A DNA stretch of 64,000 bases from Mobula hypostoma (GCF_963921235.1 NC_086120.1:31248001-31312000), one strand, 5' to 3'. Shown: positions 23,640 through 36,260, counted from the first letter of the stretch. The notes: generated from the sequence alone by a model not told the origin. Made by a program: numbers and translations.

Positions 23640-25488
23640 TGTCTTTAATGGTACCTTGGTTAATGTAGACTCTTTCTCAGCTTAATAGCTGGTCAGCAAT
23701 CTTAAAGTCTCCTGTGAGAAATCTTGTAGATGTGGATGTAAGACTTTAAAAAAAGAATCTGAGTCTTGAGAAGTGATCAATGGTTACTTGGAAAGACTTC
23801 CTGAATTCTTAAGTTACAAAGAGATTAGATGACCTTTCTTGCTTTGGCCTAACATGGAACTGCTTTTATAAGGTGTTCGTTTGGAATGTTGTTAGGTTGT
23901 CAACATGGTTGGTTGTGATTTATGTCTGGGATACGAAGGTTCAAAAGTATGTTTGAATGATATGAATGACACTGACAAAGCCAGCGTTTACTTTCTACCC
24001 CTTATTGCCCTTGAGAAGGTAGTGGGATCCATCTTCTTGAGCTGCTGTTGTCATTCCGCTGAAGTTGCTCACCAACTGGAACTGGGTAAAAAGTTCCAGG
24101 ATTTAGACATAGTGATAATAAAAGAAGGTCAATATATTTCCAGTTCTGGGTATTATGCAGCTTTGAGGGAAGCTTGCAAGTGAACTGTTAGTGTTTCCAC
24201 ATTATAGTTACCCTTGTCCTGTGTATTAGAAGCATGGATTTAGGAGAGTCTGTTGCCAGTTGCTGCAATATGTTCTGTAGAGCACACAGACCACATATGC
24301 ACAAGTGGCTGAGGGGATGTACATTTAAATGATAGGCGGGGTACCAATAAAAGAGGGCTGTGTTGTATGGGCTGGAGATACAGAAATAAAGTCCCATACC
24401 ACCAGTTCAGGAACGGCTATTTCCCTTGAACCATTCAGTTCTTGATCCAGCCAGCACAATCCTATCACTTCCTCATTAGGGCAACACTGACCACTTTGAC
24501 CATTTTGCACTACAATGGACTTTGCTCTAATTGCATTCTTTCTTGTATAATTTTGTATAATTTATGTTTTCTTGTGATTGTTGTGCCTGAAGGTGGTGAA
24601 CCCGTGGAATTCATTGCCACAGACGGCTGTGAAGTGCAGGTCATTGGGTATATTTAAAGTGGAGGTTGATAGTTTCTTCGTCAGGCAGGGTGTCAAAGGT
24701 TACAGGGAGAAGGCAAGAGAATGGGGGTCAGAGTGATAGTAAATCAGCCATCATGGAATGCAGGGGCGGACTTGATGGGATAAGTGGCTTAATTCTGCTC
24801 CTAGTCTTATGATCTTTAATGCTTCGTGCTTGTGATGCTTCTGCAAGTAAGTTTTTCATCGTCCCTGTGCGTACATGTGCATATGACATTAAACTTGACC
24901 TGAATGGACTTGGCCTTCTTATATGCAATCAGAGAAACACTCTTCTAGGCCATTGTTGAGTCTACCACAACAGTCCAGACCTATTCTACAAAGAAAGGAC
25001 ATGTAAGATTGGAAATTAATTGACATTTTGAAGAATAACATATGTTCTCCTTGAAACACCTATATTTCTGAGAGTGATTGAAAGATCAAACCCAAAAGTT
25101 GCTTCCTCTAGCTGTGAGGCAGGATAAAGTGTTGACTATTTTGGACTGCACTGAGGAAAAATTCTCTAAGGGCTGCATATCTTCCAAATTTGTTCCCTCG
25201 GAATGCGATTAATATATTTTTGCACATTTAATGGAATGGAGGGATATGCGGATAAGGCTGGAGTGTGGCAATGTAGACGAAAAGCCGTGATGTTGAAGGC
25301 AGTGCAGGCATGAGAAGTTGCAGGTCTGACTCCCACTTTCATATGAGAGTGCTGGATGCAGAAGAAATGCTTGGAATTTTGCACATTAAATGCCAGGACT
25401 GGGAGTTCCAGGATTGGAGACAATTTGAAAATAAATTTCTCTCCTTTCTTCCCAAGCAAGGGAGAAGTATTAACATAAAATTTCTTTA

Positions 25489-25943
25489 ACACAAGAAAAT
25501 CGGCAGGTGATGGAAATCCAGAGTAACACACACAAAATATTGGAGGAACTCAGCAGGTCTGGCAGCATCTATGGAAATAAATAAACAGTTGCTGATTCAG
25601 GCCGGAACCCTTCATCAGGTCTGAAAAGGAGGGGGAAGACACTAGAATAAAAAGGCGAGGGGAGGGGAAGGAGGGCAGCTAGGAGATAATAGGTGAAGAC
25701 GAGTAGGTGGGAAAGGTAAAGGGCTGGAGAAGAAGGAGAGAAAAGTAGACCATAGGAGAAAGGGAAGGAGGAAGGGTCCCAGGGAGAGGCGATGGGCAGG
25801 TAAGAAGAGGTAAAAGGCTAGAGTGGGGAATAGAAGAGGAGGGGAGGGGGAGGGAAAACAGTTACCAGAAGGAGAAATCAATATACATGTCATCAGGTTG
25901 GAGGCTACCCGGATGGGGTATAAGGTGTTGCTCCTCCACCCTG
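25489..25943 (-). mobile_element. Penelope-like element 3' fragment with tail
   Basis: AACACAAGAAAATCGGCAGGTGATGGAAATCC...GGAACCCTTCATCAGG...CATCAGGTTGGAGGCTACCC. Confidence 0.8.
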
Positions 25944-26824
25944 ATCATCTGAGCACATTTCTGTTCCTCTGAGACCTTTGTTCATAAAAACCCTTGAAAA
26001 TGTATTATATGCTTGAAACATTTTGAAAATTATGGAAAAATACCTTGCATCTGGCCAAAGCCATACAAAATACAATTAATTATGTATCTCAGTTCAAATA
26101 AATAGAAATATCTGTATTTACAGTCCTCATTTTTGGTCTAAAATTGTCTCAATACATTTTACATCCAATAAAGTATTTCCTGAAGCATTGTCACTGTTGT
26201 AATTATAAAAAACACAGCAGCCACTTTGGGTATAACAAGCTCCCAGAGAAAGAACCATGACAATAGCACAGAGAATCAGTGATGAATAATACCAGGAGAT
26301 GGGAGAAAACCATCCAGCCTTTCTCTGAGGTAGTGATTTAGGATCTTCTGAATTCACCTGAGATAGTGAAAGTCTTTTTGTTTCCTTAAGATGTCATTTC
26401 CAACTGCGCAGCACCCCTTCAATTTATTTTTAGCATTAGTCAAAAATGTTGTATTTGCAGTGGAGTTAACACTCAACTATTGAGTCATAGCTGACACTAA
26501 ATAAAAACAGAATTAGCTGGAAATACTCAGTAGGTTAGGCAGGATTTGTGCTAAGTGGTTAACAAAGATAAAATGTGTTATAAGGTGGACTGTCCTTATT
26601 TACTGCTAAAACCCAGAGGATGGTTGAGAAACTACTTTTGCAAACCACATGTCTTCTTGTAAATGATAGTCTGGAGTGCATATCCTTACTGAGTGCTGAA
26701 GTGTTTTGTAAACCAAAAACTGAAAGATTTGCAATTCTCTAGTGCTGATTAGCATATCCCAAAGTTCTTCTTGAAATTTTCTAATATAGGAAATATGGAA
26801 ATTAATTTGTGCACAGCAAGGTTA

Positions 26825-27170
26825 AGGATTAAAGATTAGTTTTATCTGACATACATACATAGAAACATTGAAACGTAAGTCATTTTCCATCAAATCAAAT
26901 AAGGCTGGATTGTGCTGTGGGTAGCCCCCATGTCGCCATGCTTCCAGTGCTAACCTCGCATACCCATAACTCACTAATCTTAACCTGTACATCTTTGGAA
27001 TGTGGGAGGAAACCGGAGCACCCAGAGGAAATCCACATGGTCATGGGGAGAACGTACAAACTCCTGACAGACAGCTGTGGTGATCGATATCCGATCAGTG
27101 AAATTGATACCTGATCAGTGATTGAAGGCGCTGTAAAGCAGTTGCACCAACTGCTTGGCTACCATGCCAC
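26825..27170 (-). mobile_element. V-SINE (HE1-like)
   Basis: GGGAGGAAACCGGAGCACCCAGAGGAAATCCACATGGTCATGGGGAGAACGTACAAACTCC. Confidence 0.8.
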
Positions 27171-27704
27171 TCAGAAACAGTGATGTAACAATGACTCATT
27201 GATCAACTTTTTTGTGATATTGGGCGAGGATGCCTGCTCTTCCTTAATGGATTAGTTCAGGAGAGTGTCAACTTATTTATATTCTGGGGAAATATCTTTC
27301 CACAGGGAGTGCCTGCCTGTTCATCAGCAGAGAAAGGGGTGTTAGATAATCCTAGTTTGTTGACAAAATTCAAAACATGATTGCTCATAACCCCTAGCAG
27401 TGGCTGCACCAGATTCGATTCTACTCCTCCATCCATCGTGGAGTGAGTATGTTATTGGACTTGCAGTGAAAGTTTTGGACCATTGATCCTGGGGCGTGAG
27501 TTCAAATCCCAATGCGGCAGCTGGGGATTTAAACTTAATTGAATCAATTAAAGTAAATCGCAGTAACGATAAGCATGAAGCAACTGGGTTGGTGTTTAAA
27601 AACTTCATCTAGCTATTGTTTATTTATACACACCGAACCCCTGTCCCTCCCTCCACCCCCCAATCTGGACTCTGTACTGATAAATTTCATTTTGTTCGTA
27701 TTTA

Positions 27705-27930
27705 CTTAGAGATACAGCACGGTAACAGGCCCTCCCGGCCCAAATGACACGCGGCACTCAATTATACCATGTGGTAATTAACCTACTCACCTGTAAGTCT
27801 TTGGAATGTGGGAGGAAACTGGAGCACGCAGAGGAGACCCATGCAGTCATGGGGAGAAGGTACAAACTCCTTATGGACAGCACTGTCGCTGTAATGGAGT
27901 TAAGCTATCCACTATGCTCAGGTGCCACTC
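27705..27930 (-). mobile_element. V-SINE (HE1-like) with CR1-like tail
   Basis: GGGAGGAAACTGGAGCACGCAGAGGAGACCCATGC. Confidence 0.75.
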
Positions 27931-28266
27931 TAGATCCACCATTGTGTTCTGCGCACCCATCAGGGAAGTGAGGAGGCCTTTGTTAAAAGGGCAATGAACA
28001 CTGGCACAGTCAGTGACGGCCACAGCCTGTGAACAAATAATTCACATCTCTATCCTTGTTCATGCTACGCGTGAGGCAAGGATTTGATCATCCATTATAC
28101 TGACACTTGTTCTTCAGTTGCCTGGCTCTGAGGATGCTGTTTTAGTAGTCTTACTCTGACCCATAGCATCCATGAGAACCTAAGGCTGTGCGGCCAGCGG
28201 ACAAGGCTTAATTGTCATTGATCTTAGTTACATCCTTCAGGGCCGAGAAGGCGGCTTGTAAGCCAC

Positions 28267-28285
28267 TGACCTGTAGGTGGCAGCA
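28267..28285 (+). promoter_or_regulatory. Candidate CTCF site
   Basis: TGACCTGTAGGTGGCAGCA versus consensus TGGCCACCAGGGGGCGCTA, in non-repeat sequence. Confidence 0.45.
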
Positions 28286-28569
28286 AGAGAACAGAATTAC
28301 AAACTGAAGCAATGCAGTGGATATTATGGAAACATTTGTATTTGCTTTGCATCTTTTTGCATTTTATCTTGCCGGCAGGATGTCCCAAATGACTTTAGAA
28401 TTGGTAGATTACCTGTGCGGTGTAATCGCTGTTGTAAATGCAGGGAAAGGTCACGGTTCAGTTGTGCACAGTTGGATCCCAGAACTAAGAGTCACACTTC
28501 AGGTGACAAAACCGTGCTTCCACAGCAGCAGATAACATTCACCTCATCCTCAATATACCTGTCGTTGGA

Positions 28570-29010
28570 GGACGCACACGGAGACCAACATCCGGTGCTG
28601 CTGGCAGATCATCAACTCGGTGAAAGACGCTCTTTGGTCGGCCCGAAACTTGATGATCTACCAGCACATGGAGATGTCTGTGGGAGAATGCTGCCGACTG
28701 GCACATTCTCGGCTGCAGGAGTACGTGCTGAGGGACGCACTGAAACTCGGTGCAGCCACCGCAAGGGCCCGGTGGGGAAGGACCACAGTATAGGTTTCTC
28801 CAGCCGTGGGAGTGGGAGGGGTCGGTGGGCGGGGAGTATACCCCTCAACAATGATATGCTAAGCTGAACTACTGGAGTGCCACGTGGGTGGTTATAAATA
28901 CGGATATGTACTGAGTATGATGGAAACGTATGTAAAGGATGAAAAGTTATTGAATGGTTTATTGTATATATTTATTTTTGAATAAAGTATATTTTGAAAT
29001 AAAAAAAAAA
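28570..29010 (+). mobile_element. 5'-truncated Tx1/L1-clade LINE: ORF2 C-terminus, 3' UTR and poly(A)
   Basis: 28572-28793 encodes THTETNIRCCWQIINSVKDALWSARNLMIYQHMEMSVGECCRLAHSRLQEYVLRDALKLGAATARARWGRTTV*. AATAAA at 28981 and A10 at 29001-29010. Confidence 0.85.
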
Positions 29011-29029
29011 CATCCAAGTGCCTTCAACA

Positions 29030-29465
29030 AGGTACCGTCACTGGGAAGTAACTTCCTGGTGGCTCAACATTTTAATTCCGATTCCCATTCCCGTTCCGAC
29101 ATGTCGGCCCCGGCCTCATTTTGCAGCACGATAAGGCTACCCACAGGATGGAGGAGCAACATCTTATATTCCATCTGGGTAGCCTCTGACCTGATGGCAT
29201 GAATATCGATTTCTCCTTCTGGTTAAAAAAATTCTCTCCTCTTCCTCTCTTCTTCTATTCTCTACTTCAGTTTCTTACCTCTTCTTGCCTGTTTATCACC
29301 TCCTTCTGGTGCCCCTGCTCCTTCCCTTTCTCCTATAGTCCACTCTCCTCTCCTACCAGATTCCTTCCTCTCCAGCCCTTTATCTTTCCTACCCACCTGG
29401 CTTCACCTTTCACCTTCTAGCTACCCTCCTTCCCCTTCCCACACCTTTTTACTTTGGCATTTTCC
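29030..29465 (+). mobile_element. Penelope-like element fragment (terminus probably resumes at ~30165-30280)
   Basis: FLVAQHFNSDSHSRSDMS and GGGTAGCCTCTGACCTGATGGCATGAATATCG. Confidence 0.8.
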
Positions 29466-30165
29466 ATAAGGCAAAGGAGTAGAATTAGGTCCATTGAGTC
29501 TGCTTGCTATTTAATCACGGCTGATCTTTTCCTCCTCCACTCCCCAGCCTTCTCCCTCAAACCTTTGATGCTGTGTCCAATAAGAACCTATCATGCTCTG
29601 CCTTAAATACACCCAACAACCTGGCTTCCACAGCTGCCCGTGGTAATGAATTCCAGAAATTCACCACTTTCTGGCTAAAGGAATTTCTCTGTATCTCTGT
29701 TTAAAATGGACACCCCTCTAACCTCAGGCTGTGCCCTCTTGTCCTGGACTCTCCATCCATGGGAAATATCCTTTCCACATCTACTCTGTCTAGGCCTTTC
29801 AACATTCAAAAGGTTTCAATGGGATCCCCCCTCATCCTTCTAAATTCCAGCGAGAACAGACCCAGAGCTATCAAATGTTCCTCCATTTCATTCCTGGAAT
29901 CATCCTTGTGAACCTCCTCTGAACCCTCTCCAATGCCAGCAATGCCTTTTCTTAGATTGAGGAGCTGATTATTGCTCATAATACTCAAGGTGAGGCCTCA
30001 ATAGTGCCTTACAAAGCCTCAGCTTCAAATTCCTGCTCTTGTATTCTAGACATCTTGAAATGAATGCTAACATTGCATTTGCCTTCCTCTCCACCAACTC
30101 TACCTGCAAGTTAACCTTTAGGGTGTTCTGCACAAGGACTCCCAAGTCCCTTTGCATCTCAGATT
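29466..30165 (-). mobile_element. CR1 LINE fragment
   Basis: QRDLGVLVQNTLKV...KANAMLAFI...LLRPHLEY and LGLFSLEFRRMRGD. Confidence 0.88.
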
Positions 30166-30489
30166 TTCCCCCTTCCCTTCCCGTCCTGAAGGAGTCACTC
30201 AGCCTGAACCATTGACTGCTTGTTTATTTCCACGGATGCTGCCCAGCCAGCTGAGTTCCTCCAGCATTTTGTGTGTGATCTTTGTGTTTGTCATCAGACA
30301 AAGCTTGATGAAGAACCACAGAGGTAAGTTTAGCCAAACAAGTAGCTTTAAAAGAGGAGAGAGGCACAGAAATTTAAGGAGCAGATTTAATTCTAATGTA
30401 TTTATTTTTCAGGATGTCGGAGGAAGTAGAAAGGCTGGACTTCACTGCTCATCTCCAATTGTCTTTGAGGAGTTGGTGGTAAGCTAACT

Positions 30490-30975
30490 CAGAATCAGAA
30501 CCAGGTCTACTATCAATAACAAATGCCATGAAATTGGTTGTTTTGCAGCAACAGTACAGTGCAATACATAAAATATACTGTAAATTATGTTAAGAAATAT
30601 ATATAAATAAGCTAAATAGGAAGTGAATAAGAGAGCAAAAATAGTGGGGTTGTGTTCACATTTTGGTGTCCATTCAGAATTCTGGTATCAGAGAGGAAGA
30701 AGCTCCTCCTAAAATGTTGAATGTGTGTCTTCAGGCTCCAGTACCTCTTCTCTGATGGTAGTAATGAGAAAAGCGCATGTCCAGGGTGGTGGGGTTCCTT
30801 AATGATGGATGCCGCCTTTGTGAGGCAATGCCTTTTGCAGATGCCCTCGAAGGTGGGAAGGCTAGTGCCCATGGTGAAGCTGGCTGAGTTTGAAAACCTC
30901 TGCGACTTTTTCCGATCCTCTGCAGTGGCTCCTCCATACCAGACGGTGTGGCAACCGGTCAGAATGCTCTCCAGG
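30490..30975 (-). mobile_element. Rex1/Babar LINE 3' end
   Basis: ESILTGCHTVWYG...KAASIIKEPHHPGHALFSLLPS, with a (TTCTGA)n tail. Confidence 0.8.
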
Positions 30976-31554
30976 GAACACCTGTGGAGATGGTACCTTG
31001 TTGAACTACCGGATTCTTCTTGGGAAGGTGCTTTCACATTGTTGTTGGGGTGTGAGTTCCAGGATTCGGAATCAGTGAGAACGAAGGAAAATCAGTATGC
31101 TTCAAAGTCTCAGAGTAGTGTATAACTTGGAACAGAGCCTGCAAGCAGTGGTTCCCTCCTGGGCCTACTGTCCTCGCCCTCATTGGCAGTAGAGACTGCT
31201 TAGAATTTAGATGGCTGAAACACAGTTGATACTTGTGGGGTAAAGATTGCAGGGGGCTGGGGTTATGGAGATTAATGATTGGTAAAACTGAGTCAAGTAT
31301 GTAAGGAAACACTGGATTGGTAATTTTAAAATCAAAGCATATGCAGAGCCAAAGGCAGAGTAGATAAGAATTGTTGGGGTTTGGATGTATGTGAAGATAC
31401 AGCAAGCAGTGCGAATAAATAAATAGGAGGGATTGTACATCATTAATCATGAATATAATTACAAAATGCCAATAGTACTGTGTCCAAGGAGATATTTATA
31501 TAAACAGACATGAACTGTCAATTATTTCCCTGTATTCCCACATCCTGCTTTAAA

Positions 31555-32280
31555 AACAGAACATCGAGCATTACAGCACTGTACGGGATCCTTGGCCCAC
31601 AGTGTTGTACCAGCCTTTTAATTTACTCTAAGATCAATCTAGTTCTTCTCTTCCGCAAAGCACTCAATTTTTTCTATCATCCATGTGCCTGTCTAAGAGT
31701 CTTTTAAATGTCCATTAAGTATTTCCACTACCACCAGCCCTGGCATAGCGTTCCATGCACCCACCACTCTCTCTGTAAAAAAATAAATTACCTCTGACAT
31801 TCTTTCCCGCCCCCAATACTGTCCTTCAGTCACCTTAAAAATTATGCCCCCCTGTATTCGTCATTTCCACCCTGGGAAAAATGTCCCTGGCTACCCACTG
31901 GATCTATGCCTCTTATCATCTTGTACACCTCTATTAAGTCATCTCTCATCCTCCTCCACTCCAGAGCCACAAGCAAAGCCCTAGCTCACTCAACCTTACA
32001 TCATAAGAGGTGCTCTCCAATCCCAGCAGCATCCTGATAAATCTCCTCTGTAACCTCTCTGAAGCTTCCATATCCATAATGAGATGACCAGAGCAGAACA
32101 AAATATTCCAAGTGTGATCTAACAAGAGTTTATAGAGCTGCAATATTACCTCATGGCTCTTCAATTCAATCCCCCAACTAATGAACCCCAACACACCTTC
32201 AGCAGGTCTTAAGAAGGCTGGCCCTTCTTAAAGAAACCCTATTGACATACATGGCAAATTTGAGCCATCTATGGATAGTT
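31555..32280 (-). mobile_element. CR1 LINE 3' fragment
   Basis: MLGFISWGIELKSHEVILQLYKLL and ERLQRRFIRML. Confidence 0.8.
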
Positions 32281-32625
32281 CCTCTCCTTTCCTGAAACTA
32301 TTGGCTCTTCGACCTGTGTTTCTGGTGATGTGGGCAATCTCCAGGGACTTTTTAGGTACTTAGCTTCAGTAGGCATTGCAGATGTCCTCTTTCACAATTT
32401 ATAACCCATACTTCCAGGTGCCAGCAGGGGACACCAAACAGCAATGCAGAGGAGTAGCCATAGGTCACTCTCCCCGCTCATTTTGAAAGGGCTCAGGATC
32501 AAGAGCAAGCTGCTGTCCTGATTGATGTCTACCATCTCCTGACCAATACTTACCACCCAATTAATTTCACTAAAGCAGATGTTCCCATAGCTATCTCATT
32601 TCTGGGAGTTAGATACTGTTACTTT

Positions 32626-33178
32626 ACTACTTCTGAAATGCCCGCTTCACTGCCGCTGTTACTGTGTGGTAACTGGAATCTCTGGAGCAGAAGGCCCTGA
32701 AATCCTTGACTTTGCGTGTTTCAGCGGCCGGGGCGAGGTCGAAGGCGCTTGGCAGAGGATGGCGCTCAGGAGGCTGTATCGGAGAGGCTGCTCGGAAGCT
32801 CAAAGTTTTCGGACGGATGGACCCGGTGTCGGCTGTGGTCTGCTGCTTCCAAGGCATCGGCAAGTTGATGGTGCCTGGAGGTTTATGGCAGGGAGTTTCT
32901 CCCTTTTGCCGCCACTATCGGGGACTCGGGAGTCGATCGACACGGGGACTTTTGAGACTTTATTTATCATGCCCATGGTTTGTTCTTCATCAAATTCTGG
33001 TATTGCTTTGCACTGTTATAACTATATGTTATAATTATGTGGTTTGGTCAGTGTTAGTCTTTGGTTTGTCCTGTTTTCTGTGATATCTCTCCGGAGAAAC
33101 ATTGTATCATTTCTTAATGTATGTATGCATTTCTAAATGACAATAAAAGAGGACTGAGTGTTCTCATAATCTAAAAAA
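32626..33178 (+). mobile_element. Non-autonomous retroposon or LINE 3' segment, CpG-rich
   Basis: CpG-rich body, T-rich 3' part, ends GACAATAAAAGAGGACTGAGTGTTCTCATAATCTAAAAAAA. Confidence 0.5.
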
Positions 33179-34559
33179 AGCTGCACTTAAAGCAATTTAA
33201 GGTAACCTGAGGAGATAAAGGTGCCATGAACATCCAAACTTTCTTTCCTTCTTTCTCATCACAAGGCAGGAATGCACACCAATACTCTTTAGCTTTATTT
33301 GTCACATGTACATCGAAACATATCGTGAAATACGTCATTTGTGTAATATCAGATCGGTGAGGACTGTGCTGGGCAACAATAAAGCTAAACTTTGTCCTCC
33401 ATGTTTATGGCTTCAGACAATGATGTGTCATGCTCGGTTCAAAGTTGGCTATCTACTAAAGGGAGTGCAACTTAACAGTATTTTGATTTTCTTAGCATAT
33501 CTATCAGCATGTCTGAAAGTCTGTTTGACAATAGAATCATAATGCAGAAAAACAGTCCCTTCAGCCCAACTGGTTTATGCTGACCAAAATGTTCAGTAAA
33601 AGTTGCCCACTTACTAGTATTAGGTTCATAATCTTCTCAACCTTCTCTATCCACATACCTGTAAGACTATATTTTAAGTGTTGCTAGGGGTCCAAGAAAT
33701 AACCAGCCATGGTCATGGGGTGGTGCAGGGTCAATTGCTGTCAATTACGATGTTGGCGATCACTTCATAATTCCATCTGGCAAGCTAGAGCCATTAAAAG
33801 GCAAATCAGAGAGAGTTCTATCTCTGGCCTATTTTTGAGCAGGTGCATAGAATGGCAGAGTGGACCAAAAGTATAATTTGTGAGAATCAATAAACAGCAG
33901 GTACTAGGAAAGAATCTTTGAGCTGAAACGTTAATTCTGATTATTTTGTCACAAACAGCTGACCAACATTTTTATGTCATATCTTTGGCCCAATTACCAA
34001 ATATGCTCTTTGTCTTCTCTCGACTGGGTACGATGACTGAGTCTTCCAAGCTTGAGGTTTTATGGGTGCTTGTAATTTCATGCCATTACAAGAAGTAGGA
34101 TACTTGAAGATGTCAGTGATTTAGAGAGGTTTATACTGAGAGCATAACAAACGCGGCTGGCGGACCTCAGCTTGTTCAGCGGCATCTCTGGAGGCAAAGA
34201 GATAGTTGATCTTTTAGCTCAAGAACCTGCATCAGGGACTGAGAGTTGTGTAATAACATAAGTGTGCCTCGTGCGTTCGGTTGATTATGAGAAGTTAATA
34301 TTCAAAGCTGCTTTTGACAATGTAAACGATTAAAATCCACTTTGCTGTATTTTTCCTCAACTTTTTATTCAGAATTTCAAAACTTCTACAAAATTACTTT
34401 TTAAAATCAACACCCCCGCTTTGAAATTGCACTCCTCGTCTTCCCAGGATTTCACTGCATGGAAATGTAGAAACTATTTTATGTCCTTTGAATTTCCCCT
34501 TCATTCATCCAAGCCTTAGGTGGAATTTTCTCTTTCTACAACAAGTGAAAGAATGCTGA

Positions 34560-34692
34560 AGTATTGATAAAGGGTCACGTCCGAAACAATGACTATTTCT
34601 TCTTCTCCATAGATGCTGCCTGACATGCTGAGTTTCTCCAGCATCTTGTGGGTGTTACTCTGGATTTCCAGCATCTGCAGATTCTCTTGTGC
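34560..34692 (+). mobile_element. Penelope-like terminus with decayed hammerhead
   Basis: TTGATAAAGGGTCACGTCCGAAAC...GATTTCCAGCATCTGCAGATTCTCTTGTG. Confidence 0.7.
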
Positions 34693-34937
34693 TAAGGAAT
34701 GCTGCATGCAATTTGGGAATAACTTTGGAGCTTTTGGGCCAATTTTGTTTTCTGCCCATTCCCACTTTCCCCTTCATCACCTCCTCCCCTTGAATTTGAT
34801 CAGGAAATTTCCTGCTCCTTATGTGTCAGTTAATGACAAGTAGGAACACAAGATAGAACCTCAGCTTCACTTTGCAATGTTTGTTTGGGTCACTCTTGTG
34901 TGTTTTTCCTGAGTCTATACTGAATTTGGAATGTCCA

Positions 34938-35600
34938 AAGATTCAAGATTCAAGATTAAAGCATATTTATTATCAATTATATAATTGATAATAAATTATA
35001 TAATAATTTATTATATATATTATATAAATTATATAATCTTGAGATTTGCTTGCTCAGAGGTAGCCACAAGGTAAGACACACAAAAGAATCCAATTTAAAG
35101 AAAAAAATATGTAAAAAAATAAAAGACTAACACCTGATGTGCAAGAGAGAGGAAAAAAACTGCAAGTCATACAAACAGTTGAAGCGAACAACACATTCCG
35201 AACCAAAAATGAGTCTTCAGATCCAAACCCTGGAGCAGCCTGGAGTAGGCCTCGCTTCTCAGTTCATCGCGTTAACAGGCACGAAGCAGAGCAGCCGGGG
35301 CAGTCTTCATAGCCTCACCGCCATGGAGATGAGCATCGCGGAGAACGAGTGAAATTGGCTCTCGTCCCGACCAACACCCTGTCTTTTCAGTCAATCTGAG
35401 CTGGCATTTAAATTGACCCAATGACAAAACAGCAAAAGGCTCCAGCGCCTTGGAGAGAGGAGTTAACATCACAGAGAGCGAGCAAAATCGGCTCAAGCTT
35501 ATGATCTGGGCTGGTGTTTACATTTTCTGATCAGTCTATTGTACCTCACTCTAGAACCCAGGCACCATTACTGCAAAAGGCCCCGGCCTAGATCATGCTG
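34938..35600 (-). mobile_element. Non-autonomous retroposon with (TTGAATC)n tail
   Basis: AAGATTCAAGATTCAAGATT tail at the left end. Similar to 54272-54630. Confidence 0.5.
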
Positions 35601-35969
35601 CCCAGCATGCATTGTGAAAGGTACTATCACAGGTATTTCTTTATTCTCCATTTTATAAAAAAAGGTCAATTATTTTAAAAGGGAACATGTTTAAGTTTTT
35701 ATCTTCATTCATTTCTGGGATGTGGGTTTTATTGTATTTGCCTCAAACACTACCTCTGGCAGCTCATTCCGTCTGGAGCTTCTTTACACAAATGGTGGTA
35801 TATATGTGGAAGAAGTTGCCAGAGGATGTGGTTGAGACAGGTACAACTTTTTAAAAGACAGTTGGACAGGCACGTGGATAGGAACAATGGAGAAGGTTAT
35901 GAGCCAAATGCTGGTAAATGTGACTAGCTTGGATAGGCACCTTGGTTTAAAGAGGTAACATGTTCTTGT

Positions 35970-36260
35970 TATAACTTTACTTGTCACATGTACATTGAAA
36001 CATACATTGAAACATGACATTTGCATAAATCAAATCTGCAAGGATTGTGCTGGGCAGCCCACAAGGTTCGCCACGTTTCCAGTGCCAACAACTCCTCAGC
36101 CCCAACCAGACGTTTTTGGAATGTGGGAGGAAACTGGAACTCCTGGAGGAAATCTATTCAGTCACTGGAAGAACTTACAGACAGCAGCGGGAATTGAACT
36201 CCTATCTTACAGGTGGCGCTGTAAAATGTAGCACTAATTGCTACGTTACAATGCTGCCCA
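35970..36260 (-). mobile_element. V-SINE (HE1-like)
   Basis: GGGAGGAAACTGGAACTCCTGGAGGAAA. Confidence 0.7.

Larger units (their letters stand above)
22990..23915 (-). mobile_element. Penelope-like element of a second family: GIY-YIG remnant plus terminal hammerhead motif
   Basis: KSNVVYIITCGDCNKNYVGQSGCKL and SLISVHEDRKGHHFNW...EVWFSSDNSINKH. Hammerhead-like motif at 23076-23117. Confidence 0.85.

Noticed and set aside
28277-28867. 196-aa ORF as a novel host gene
   Set aside because: Non-ATG start and no recognisable domain. Its 3' half is the off-frame reading of a Tx1 ORF2 end.
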